Positions 18,894-28,400 of a stretch of 52,423 bases of DNA are shown piece by piece. Every line of letters begins with the position of its first letter. Within the stretch, counting starts at the first letter, position 1. Below the pieces are notes generated by a model, which was not told the DNA's origin, did no database searches, and worked only from the letters and a program-made list of their open reading frames with translations. The position numbers were made by a program, and so were the translations under genes. This DNA is from Candidatus Poribacteria bacterium (lineage in GTDB: Bacteria; Poribacteria; WGA-4E; UBA9662), in contig JAYZAL010000014.1 in assembly GCA_036339735.1 (NCBI GenBank), positions 1 through 52,423 on the forward strand, read 5' to 3'.

Positions 18894-19027
18894 CATCCGA
18901 GATACTGAGCCCGTACGCTGATAAATCCCACCAGTACGGCTTTACGCTAACAAAAAAAGCACTTAAGAATCGTTATGAGGTACTCAAGTTCGATTTAGAT
19001 GTTTAATTGATGTCTAAAACTTAATAT

Positions 19028-19081
19028 GCACAACACTGTCTAAACTAAATTATCTAACTTAGTTTAGACGAAACGTTGGCA
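19028..19081 (+). mobile_element. Isolated integron attC-like site
   Basis: GCACAAC ... GTCTAAACTAA / TTAGTTTAGAC (perfect 11-bp inner stem) ... GTTGGCA, starting just after a TAA. Confidence 0.55.
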
Positions 19082-19104
19082 AAAACAGCCTGAACTAACG
19101 CATA

Positions 19105-19224
19105 CAATATCGAACCTGTGAAATTCAATTTATATTTCCCTATATCATAGACCTGACAAAGGATACACAGGGTCAAAAAAAAGACTCACCGATAAAAAAT
19201 ACCGATGAGTCGCCTTTAGTAGAA
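19105..19224 (+). repeat. Islet repeat unit 3: recombinase-tail-like relic with hairpin and TAGTAGA
   Basis: Translates QYRTCEIQFIFPYIIDLTKDTQGQKKDSPIKNTDESPLVE. ATATCGAACCTG is identical to unit 1, with the same 111-nt spacing to GTAGA; hairpin GACTCACCG...CGATGAGTC. Confidence 0.6.
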
Positions 19225-19302
19225 TGTTTCGTACTCAATTTGGACCTGATCGTCTAAATTTTGAAACAGGGGTTATGTCTACCACCGACTGCTAAATCTA
19301 AT

Positions 19303-20592
19303 TTACTCCATTCGATCGACGGCCCTGTGTGCGATATCTGTTCGGTAATGGGCTTGGTCAAAGTGTATTTTGCTTACTCCCTGATAGGCACGATCAATGG
19401 CTAATTGTATATTGCTCCCAACAGATGTTACACCTAGTACTCGCCCACCATCCGTACGTAACTCTCCACTTTGATTACTAGTACCAGCGTGGAAAATATT
19501 TGTATGTTCAATACCTTTGAATGATTTGACACCAGTAATCTTTTTACCTTTTTCATAACTCTTTGGGTAACCGCCCGAAGCCATAACCACACAAACTGCG
19601 GGTTCAGGTCGTAGTTTAACTTCTGTATGAGCCAAAGTACCATCGAGACAAGATTGTAAAATAGGTACCAAATCGCTTTCAATTCTGGGTAGTAATACTT
19701 GGGCTTCGGGGTCACCAAGTCGACAATTGTATTCAACTACTTTCGGTCCTTGGTCAGTGATCATTAGACCAACATACAATATGCCTTTGTAAACTCGGCC
19801 TTCGGCCTTCATACCCTTAATTGTCGGAAGAACAATTGTATCAATAACCTCTTGGTGTAAAATGTCGGTCATGACAGGAGCCGGCGAGTATGCCCCCATG
19901 CCACCAGTGTTGGGCCCTTCATCGTTATCCATGGCCCTTTTGTGATCTTGTGAAGTGGGAAGTGTTACAATATCCTCACCGTCAGAAAGTACAATAAAAG
20001 AGGCTTCTTCACCTTCCATCCATTCTTCAATAACTACTTTTTGGCCGGCCTCACCAAAGTTATTCTCAACTAGTACACTTCGAATAGCTTGAATCGCATC
20101 CGAAATGGTAAGTCCAGGAATGGCCCCCTTACCAGCTGCTAATCCATCAACTTTGACAAAAACTGGCTTGTCTAATTTTTTCACATAATCGATAGCTGAT
20201 TCAGCATCAGTGAAGGTCTGGTAAGCCGCTGTGGGAATATTGTATTTTGTCATCAATTTCTTGGCAAAGTCTTTACTGGCTTCGATCTGCGCCGCTGACT
20301 GATTTGGGCCAAAAATATTAAGTTCATGTAGTTCGAACAAATCTACTATTCCATTGGCTAATGGATCTTCTGGACCAACTATAGTTAGGTCGATTCCTTC
20401 TGATTTAACGAACTCAACTACTTGTCTGTAACTGTTCATTTCATTAACGAACGGGATTGAAAGGCGAATAGAGAATTCATCCATTCCGGGATTCCCTGGC
20501 CAACAATAAATTTGATCTACTAACTGGCTTTGGGCAATTTTCCATACTAAGGCATGTTCACGTCCACCCTGGCCAATGACCAATACATTCAT
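19303..20592 (-). CDS. purD: Phosphoribosylamine--glycine ligase
   Basis: GQGGREHAL, VGPEDPL, KVDGLAAGKG, QDHKR..D.D.GPNTGGMGAYSP, EYNCRLGDPE. Confidence 0.97.
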   Translation of the reverse strand: MNVLVIGQGGREHALVWKIAQSQLVDQIYCWPGNPGMDEFSIRLSIPFVNEMNSYRQVVEFVKSEGIDLTIVGPEDPLANGIVDLFELHELNIFGPNQSAAQIEASKDFAKKLMTKYNIPTAAYQTFTDAESAIDYVKKLDKPVFVKVDGLAAGKGAIPGLTISDAIQAIRSVLVENNFGEAGQKVVIEEWMEGEEASFIVLSDGEDIVTLPTSQDHKRAMDNDEGPNTGGMGAYSPAPVMTDILHQEVIDTIVLPTIKGMKAEGRVYKGILYVGLMITDQGPKVVEYNCRLGDPEAQVLLPRIESDLVPILQSCLDGTLAHTEVKLRPEPAVCVVMASGGYPKSYEKGKKITGVKSFKGIEHTNIFHAGTSNQSGELRTDGGRVLGVTSVGSNIQLAIDRAYQGVSKIHFDQAHYRTDIAHRAVDRME

Positions 20593-20809
20593 TTACGTTT
20601 ACCTCTAAGTGTTACAATTTGGGTTCGTTGAGCAAATAACAAAAAAAACAGTAGTAAAAAGTACAACCTTTCACTACCAATCATAATAGAAACCGATGGG
20701 CAAAAATATAAGACAGACAACTGGCCTAGAAATTATATCACTGATCATATAACACAACAATAATAATGAATTTACCCATCTCTATCAGTCAACGATAAAG
20801 ACAATATCT

Positions 20810-21643
20810 ATGTTAAAATCAGCCACTAATAAAGATAGGAAACCTGTGAATATTTATTTATTTGTGGCATTAGTGAGCTGCGTTAATCTAGGTTTGGCTG
20901 ATGAAAACCAAAACATTGTGATTAAACACGCTGGTCAACTGAGACATATTAGAGCTAAGAAAATTACTTGGCTCAAAGACAATGCGGAAATGGTACTGAT
21001 CTCACCCTCTCTTTCATACCAGAAGTTAATAAGTAAACCCTTCTACATGGATAAACACGAAGTTACTGTAGCTCAGTTCAAGGTGTTTTTGAAAGATACC
21101 GGCTATCAGTTTTCTGGCCGTCTCGAAGATGTATATCAATATTCTGAAACAGATCAACATCCAATGATTTATGTCTCGTGGCATGATGCTGTAGCCTACT
21201 GCCAATGGGCTGGAAAAAGGCTACCGACTGAGACTGAGTGGGAATACGCCGCACGAGGTGGATTGAATTCTAAGCGTTATCCTTGGGGAGACCAGCTGCC
21301 AACTGGAAAGTTTTGTAACTTTGCTGACAAAAAAGCTAAGTCTATTTTGCAAGAAGTAACTAGCCGAACCAATTGGGCAGATACTAAGGTAAATGACGGA
21401 TATGCGTTAACAGCACCTGTTGCGAGTTATATACCGAATGGATACGGTCTCTTTGATATGGCAGGAAACGTTTGGGAGTGGTGTCAGGACTGGTATGACG
21501 GGCAGAAAGAAGCGCGTGTACTAAAAGGTGGCAGTTGGTACAGTAAGAAGTCTGATCTTACAATAATCAAACGTAACGGAAATTTCCCCATCAATATTAG
21601 TGGAGACTATGGATTCCGTTGTGTCGTTGATTCTCAACGCTGA
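20810..21643 (+). CDS. Secreted FGE-sulfatase (SUMF1/EgtB/PvdO) domain protein, no catalytic cysteines
   Basis: FYMDKHEVT, VSWHDAVAYCQWAGKRLPTETEWEYAARGG, NGYGLFDMAGNVWEW, KGGSW, GFRCV. Confidence 0.9.
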   Translation: MLKSATNKDRKPVNIYLFVALVSCVNLGLADENQNIVIKHAGQLRHIRAKKITWLKDNAEMVLISPSLSYQKLISKPFYMDKHEVTVAQFKVFLKDTGYQFSGRLEDVYQYSETDQHPMIYVSWHDAVAYCQWAGKRLPTETEWEYAARGGLNSKRYPWGDQLPTGKFCNFADKKAKSILQEVTSRTNWADTKVNDGYALTAPVASYIPNGYGLFDMAGNVWEWCQDWYDGQKEARVLKGGSWYSKKSDLTIIKRNGNFPINISGDYGFRCVVDSQR

Positions 21644-21693
21644 AGACATTCTCAACCTATTTAAACCAAAAAAAAATTAGACAGGAAATTTTA

Positions 21694-23150
21694 ATACGAA
21701 TCCTTTACATTGACATTGATTCAATGAGGCCAGACTATCTTTCTTGTTATGGATACAACTGGCAAACATAGCCTATTATCGAGCAACTTTCGGTCTAAGG
21801 TGTAATCTTCCGAAATTTCTATGCTACTGATACACCGTGTCTTCCTAACCGAACTACTTTTTAGGGTGGTCGATTTGGCATCAATACTGGTAGTATCAAT
21901 CAAGGTGGTGTCTATGCTGACATGCCGAATCAATGTCAAAATCACCATTTTCGCTCACAAAATGTTTGCTAGTATGATTCGTCAAGTCGGCTCTACCAGA
22001 CCGTAAGTGTCAGTCCTTTCCCCAATCGGCATATAGCCTGCCCGATTTGGCAGGATTTTACAGAAACTTGTGACACTGGTAAAGGTGGATTAGAAAACGC
22101 AGATAAGATATATCCCCCAGCGAAGCAATGGCTGCGAACCAATGGGAAAAAGGATAACTAGTTTTTCACCTCAATTTTTGGGATCCCCAAACACCTTACG
22201 ATCATTCAACTTCATATGGCAACCCTTTTGAAAATGAACCTATTAATAGTTGGATTACAACTGACCTGATCAGACAGCAAAACCAAATTTTGGTCCACAG
22301 AGTGTAAACGAATTTCCCCGCTATAACTTACAATCACCGCCACGCTGGACTATGAGTGTTGGCCACATTCAGACAGTAAATGACGCGAAGTCTCATTTGG
22401 ACGGCTACGATACTGGTATTCATTATGGCTGACCACTTCGTGGGCCAATTAATTCAAGATTTAAAGCATTTTGATATTTATGATCAAACTGCTATCATTA
22501 TTTCTGCTGACTATGGAGAGAATCAGGACGAGCTGAATATTTGGGGAACCATCAAACTGCTGATTATATCACCAACCGAATTCCTTTAATTGTTCGTCGG
22601 CTTAGTCTTACCGACTCTAAATCTGATAGGAAACGAGATAGTTGTCACTATCAGATCTCGACATGATAGTAACATTAGCTGAGTTGTTAGGGGCTGATTA
22701 ACTGGGTACTTTGGATGGTCAAATCTTTGCTGGCGAATCGTCCGAAAAACTACTGATGGTAGAGATTTTTTCATTTTGAGCCAGAGTGCTAGATTGAATG
22801 ATTGGATTATAATTCGTATTTGCCATACTGATCTAAAGGAGTTTCCGGAGTACACGCTGTACAATATTAAAAATGATCCACACGAAACTATTAACCTTGC
22901 AGGAAAAAAGACCGAAATCCTGAGCCATGGACTTCGAATGATGGATCAGGGATGTCTCAGCAAATGAACCGTTCATTGCGAGGAGACCCATTCTGGGGAG
23001 TCATTCAAGAGGGAGGACCGCTACAGGCTAAAGAAAAAACTGAAGCCTGGCAAAATATATGTATAGGTTACGTGCTACTGGTCGTAGCACCACACTGACC
23101 ATTTGGCTGAATTCGGCCGTAGATCCTTTAGAACGGATCTAGAAACATAG
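21694..23150 (+). pseudogene. Sulfatase pseudogene
   Basis: Manual translation gives (ATA)RILYIDIDSMRPDYLSCYGY..T*P...TDTPCLPNRTTF*GGRFGINTG, containing CxPxR. Later fragments are ADHFVGQLIQDLK..DIYDQTAIIISADYGE and LYNIKNDPHETINLA. Many stops and frameshifts. Confidence 0.85.
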
Positions 23151-23155
23151 ACATT

Positions 23156-23530
23156 TCAGGTTTGCCAAACTGTCTGCTCCGAAGTTTCATCGTGTTGATT
23201 GTAAGCATCTAGATAGTCTTCACGAGGTGGGCCAAAAATATCCAGTACTTTTACCGGTCCCTCAATTACTTGGCCTGAATGTACTAAATTTTTAGGAATC
23301 AGAAATGCATCTCCCGCTCCAACTATGCGTTCCTCATTTCCAATACGAAACTTCAATTTACCTGTTATAATCAGACCAGCCTGTTCATGTGGATGACTAT
23401 GTTCTGGAATGATACAATCCATTTCCATTTCTAAAAAAGAAAGCATAATTTGTTCACCTGAGACGATACGACTTAGCGCTTGTGGGAACAATTCAATTTG
23501 TTTCAGTTGGTCAGTCAAAATAAAAGGCAT
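23156..23530 (-). CDS. Cupin domain protein
   Basis: PEHSHPHEQ...IP.N.VHS, DIFGPPREDY. Confidence 0.88.
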   Translation of the reverse strand: MPFILTDQLKQIELFPQALSRIVSGEQIMLSFLEMEMDCIIPEHSHPHEQAGLIITGKLKFRIGNEERIVGAGDAFLIPKNLVHSGQVIEGPVKVLDIFGPPREDYLDAYNQHDETSEQTVWQT

Positions 23531-23547
23531 GCATTACTCCAATCAGC

Positions 23548-24294
23548 TTATCTTGGTCTAATTCGAAATTGGAATGTGGCATCCGAGTCTTTATCTGGGG
23601 TTGCCCCATTTTTCGAATAGTAAGTCCGTTCCATCAGCAATGTACTACCGTCTCGTTTAACTAAAATCAGAGTAGTCGAGCGAGTACCATAATCGCTATT
23701 GGCTACAAATATAGATGACTCGGCATCTTCGTCTAGTTGCTTCATTATATCCAGTAGGCGCTTTGCTTCTATGTGCTCTTTTTCCAGCATGGATTTTAGT
23801 TGACATTTACCTTTAATTACCCTAGACCCATTAGTACCTAGGATATGATTACTAAGTCCGTAAATGCCTGGTGGTAAATTGACTGCCTGAGACTTCGTAT
23901 TAGTTAAATAAATTACTTCTGGTCGAGACGAATCGATTTGTCCTAATAGCAGGTTGTATCCATTGTATTGATGGCCATTGTTTAGTTGCTGCGTAACAAA
24001 ACTACCAACCGGAGACGTAGTCGTTAAAAAATCTTTTACTAAGTACCCACGGGATTTTTGATCAGTTCCATGAGATATAAAACAACGAAGGTTAGATACT
24101 GCTGCCCAGCGACCAATTTTATTTATTCCCAGCCAAGTTCCATGAGCTACTAAATCGCGCCCAGCCAGCACTCCTGTTTCGTCAGGCCAAAAATGGGCTG
24201 GAGCTGTTGGTCGAGCGTGATCTTCATCTCGATTTGCTAGTAAAATTAGAGGGAAGTTTGGGTTTACACTATGAGCTAGCAGAATCAAACACAT
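23548..24294 (-). CDS. NRDE/TANGO2 family protein
   Basis: MCLI...ANRDE..RPT, GRDL..GTWLG, SRG.LV, YGLSN, YGTRSTT. Confidence 0.92.
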   Translation of the reverse strand: MCLILLAHSVNPNFPLILLANRDEDHARPTAPAHFWPDETGVLAGRDLVAHGTWLGINKIGRWAAVSNLRCFISHGTDQKSRGYLVKDFLTTTSPVGSFVTQQLNNGHQYNGYNLLLGQIDSSRPEVIYLTNTKSQAVNLPPGIYGLSNHILGTNGSRVIKGKCQLKSMLEKEHIEAKRLLDIMKQLDEDAESSIFVANSDYGTRSTTLILVKRDGSTLLMERTYYSKNGATPDKDSDATFQFRIRPR

Positions 24295-24390
24295 GTCTTA
24301 TGCTCACAGTACGGATTTGGGGACCAATGCCAAAAATCATGACCAAGAGTGCGTTAGAATAAGGCGCAACGTAAAAGATTAATCATCTAT

Positions 24391-25449
24391 TTATTTCCAC
24401 GTTGATTCCAAGACACGATACCAATTACCATACATGATAGATGTAATATCTGCGAAAGAATAACCCCGACGTTCTAAAATAGCCGTTAGTTTTGGCAAAT
24501 CGGCAATACTGTCTACATCGGACGGACTTTGTTCTCTGCCAAAGCCACCATCTAGATCAGTCCCAATTGCAGCATGATAGGAATTACCTGCTAGTTGACA
24601 GATGTGATCAATATGGTTCGCAACTGTTTCTAGCGTAATGGTTGAGTTGTCTGGTTTTTTTTTGTCCCATTCAGGGGCAAGCATCCATGCATCAAATGCT
24701 GTACCGATTACTCCATCCCTCTCAAAAATAGCTGTAAGCTGTTGATCGCTGAACTGTCTTTGGTTGGGAACGAGAGTTCGGCAATTATTATGGCTGGCAA
24801 TCACTAAACCCGAATAATGTTCTAACGCTTGCCAAAAAGAAGTATCTGATGTGTGAGTCAAATCTAGAATAACTCCTAGTCGAGACATTTCTGTTAAAAG
24901 AGGTAATGCCAAGGGGGATAACCCCTCCTCAGTGCCAGTACCGCCACCATAACGACCGATACCATAGTGAGATAAGCCGATTAGCTTCAATCCTTTCTTG
25001 ACCCAATATTCTAGCTGATCAGCTCCTGAAATAGGATCAGCCCCTTCCATACTAATAATCAGACCCAGTGGCGGAGACAAGCCTATCTGCTTTTCTTCCC
25101 ATTTTTTCCACTGTTGGAGGTGTGTTTGTAAGAGCTCAATCTCCTCGATGATTATCACATGCCCTTCACGTTCTAGAGCTCGGTAGTAGCCTAGTTGTCC
25201 TTCTACAATGCCGCTGGCTTGAGCAACCGATCCATAATCTACATTAGGCGATGGTATTCCTGTGGATCTGGCAAATAAAGTCGCAAAAGCAATTGCTATA
25301 TTGGCTTTTTTCATCTCTGGCAGGGCAACAGTTGTCGTGTTTTTACTTTTTCCTTCTGCTTTTCTGGTTTTTTCGACCGACTGTAGTAAGTTACGATTTC
25401 CCTGCAATGCATTCCAAGATAAGTCCAAGTGGCCATCGATAATAATCAT
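24391..25449 (-). CDS. Membrane dipeptidase (peptidase M19) family protein
   Basis: IIDGHLD, SMEGAD, DLTH, ASHNN, IGTDLDGG. Start placed at MIIIDGH. Confidence 0.9.
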   Translation of the reverse strand: MIIIDGHLDLSWNALQGNRNLLQSVEKTRKAEGKSKNTTTVALPEMKKANIAIAFATLFARSTGIPSPNVDYGSVAQASGIVEGQLGYYRALEREGHVIIIEEIELLQTHLQQWKKWEEKQIGLSPPLGLIISMEGADPISGADQLEYWVKKGLKLIGLSHYGIGRYGGGTGTEEGLSPLALPLLTEMSRLGVILDLTHTSDTSFWQALEHYSGLVIASHNNCRTLVPNQRQFSDQQLTAIFERDGVIGTAFDAWMLAPEWDKKKPDNSTITLETVANHIDHICQLAGNSYHAAIGTDLDGGFGREQSPSDVDSIADLPKLTAILERRGYSFADITSIMYGNWYRVLESTWK

Positions 25450-25477
25450 TTTTTGGTTACCTTTTCTATGTTGGCTC

Positions 25478-28400
25478 TCAATAGGCATATTGCATTTGAA
25501 TGCCTTGCTCTTTTGAACGGCGAAGTTTCTCGAATTTTTGGATGTTCGATTGCTGAATGGATTCTTGGCTGCGATTTAGATTCATTCGATAGTTGGTCGT
25601 TTGAGATTTACCCATTTGTTTTTTATTCGACTCTCTCTTTTGAACAGAGCCAATTCTTTCTTTCCCTCGATAAAAAGCATAAGCTACAGCCTTCGAATTA
25701 TCTACATTTAATTTAGCAATCACTGTTGGTTGCCCAATTAGGCCATCGATTAAAAACACGCCACGCATGTCCGTTTGACCACTAACAAATTTTCGGCTTT
25801 CGGACCCAATAGCTTTTAGGTGAACTCGGGGTTGGTATTGACCGGTGACGGTATCCTTCAAGTATACTCTAAGCCGATCGTCGATGGTTTGTACAGCTAT
25901 TTCTAAAGGGGTAACAAGAAGTAGACCACTAGTAAATTGAGAAGATGAAGAGTTGGTTTGGTCGCCTCGACAGATAATCAAATAGGCTCCAATATGAGGT
26001 AGATCAAGTTCAAACTGTTTTTTGTGATCAATATATGGTTTTGAATGATCCAACTGAACTTCTATTTTTAGTTGTGGTTCAACTCCAGCTAATCGAATCT
26101 GGTTCATTTGGCTGAGGCTATTCTGCCGTAAAAACAGCTTCATTAAATCAACTTGGTAAATTTCGATTTGTACTTTGTCAATGTTTCGGTAGGTTAAGTC
26201 TAATATCTTAGGTGTCTGTGGTTGCTTAATAGTAACTTCGGGAATAGATAATTTTTGCTGCTGAAAATACTCTATTGATTCCTGCGCATCAGAATAAACT
26301 GACTCGATTTTTTGATACCACTGAATCGCCTTCTCTGGCTGATTTCGGGCATGGAAAATTTGACCTAAAATATACTGGGCGAGATTCTTATTTTCACTAT
26401 TGCTATCAGCAATTAGGGTTGCGGATTCGATGGCCTGCTGGAAGTTGTTCTGGTAAAAAGCAGCCAAAGACTTCATGTACTGAAAACTACTTAGAAACTG
26501 ACTATCAGCAAAGATCTCGGTACTCTGTTGTGCTACTAGGGTAGCATTATCGTAGTCCTCCAAATCTAGTAAGAGGTTAATCTGTGATAATGCCGCATCA
26601 TCGGCGAGCGGATCCATCGGATAAAGAGTGCGAAAGGCTTCGAGTCGATTAAGAGCTTGCAACCGTAGAGAAACCGACTCAGTTGGTGAACTACTGGCCT
26701 GATTGACGAGCATCTGAGTAATACCAAAGTAGGTGTTCGTAGTAACAGGTGTATCTGGATATGCCAACCATAAATCTGAGGCAAAACGAATTGAGTCTTC
26801 GAACTGCTGACGATCGGCAATGTCCCCGGAAACTTTTATATCTCGCTTGAAACTAGCATTGATAGTAGCCTGATGTACCAGCATAGATCGCTCAAATTCC
26901 TCAATCTGGCGATATGCATTAGCAATAATTTGGATTCGTTCCAGTGGTACGAAAAGACTCGGCTGACTCTCCCGTAAGGCTTCAAATACTTCAACTAGTT
27001 GTTGGCTATTAGTTAAATCATTAGTAGCCAAATTTTGTTGTTCACTGTAAGTAGTATCGGTATAGATCCACATCAGCATGCGAGCGATTTCAGAAGTGTT
27101 ATAGTGGGGATACTGATTACGTAGTTGAGATAATAATGGAAAGGCTAACGAATACTTACTGTCATTGAAGTAGTGTTTACCTAAAACAAATTTTTCTCGC
27201 CTGTTCAATAGTTCTAATTCACGAGCTACCGAGTCAGTCGAGTCTATACTAACTAGAGAAGTATCACTATCCAGAATTACTAATTTGTCTCCAGCTATAA
27301 TGGTTTGATTAGTAAAAGTTCTATTGGGCCTCAAGTCCTGATAACCAAGAGGGTGAATTATTGTAGGCAATATTTTGTAAGAACCTGGGAGATAGCCTGC
27401 TAACTGATAATGAATACTGAACATGCCAGCACGTTTTTGAGACTTTTGCTTAGGGGGAAAGTAAAAGCGGACATAACCTGCTAAGACTTCAGCATGAATA
27501 AAATCACCTTTCAACGAATTATCAACCATAACCGCACCAGTGGGTAAGAAATCGTCGATTATAAAACCGTCTGCGTCACTACCGAGCGAGGTCATCAAAT
27601 CGACTGGTATTTGAATTCTTACCTCCATGTGTTGGCCCAAATGTAAATTCTTTAAATTAGCTGTACTTTTGACTCCTATTGGCTTGCCGTGATAAGTTAG
27701 TTCAGGATAATAATAATTTTTTTTAATTGATGACACATCTTTGGTAGATTTTGCTGACTGGTTTAAAAACTGATCAGAAAACCCGCTAAGTGTTACTAAG
27801 TATGCGTATGAACCATAACCTTGTAACTGGAATTCGACTTGGCAGGATAATTCTTGATGAACTGAGCTTTTTATCCATTTTTCACTTGGTACTTCTATTT
27901 CGAAGAGTGAAGTTTCTTGTTCCAAGTCATCGGTAAGCACTTCCCCATTGACTAAGACTCTTAGGTTATAGTCTTCATCGGCAAACTGGTTTCGACCAAA
28001 ATAGTTTGCTAGCACTGTTACTATGATATCTTGGTTGAGCCAAAAACCAGGCGAACCCTGATGGGAAAGTAATAAGCGAATTTGTGCTTCAATTTCTTGT
28101 TTCTGATCGGTCTTATTGATTCCCTGTTTAGCCAGACTACTGATGGCTAACGTTTCCAAATCGACTCGATTTTGAAGAGAAGGTAACAAAGACAAAATCT
28201 GATCCGCCATATCTAACCGTTTCATATTAACCAGCGCTAATGCAGTATATGATTTGGCTCTATCACTTAGTCTATTTCGGTTTCGATAAAGACGATTAGC
28301 TATGGAGAAATCGGTTTGGCTGATGACTTGGCTTTGCGTTGTTTTGGGAATCGTTAAAGCATGCAGTAAAATTGCAGCTTGTTCATCTGATTTCCGAGTT

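Noticed and set aside
16860-19260. CRISPR array or tRNA gene in the islet
   Set aside because: The repeats are few, degenerate and separated by gene-sized DNA. TCGAACC resembles a reversed T-loop, but no cloverleaf can be folded.
21510-21643. DGR variable region in the first FGE paralog
   Set aside because: Many codons between GGSW and GFRC end in A or G (AAG AAG, ACA ATA, AAA, GGA), so the AAY-derived pattern is absent.
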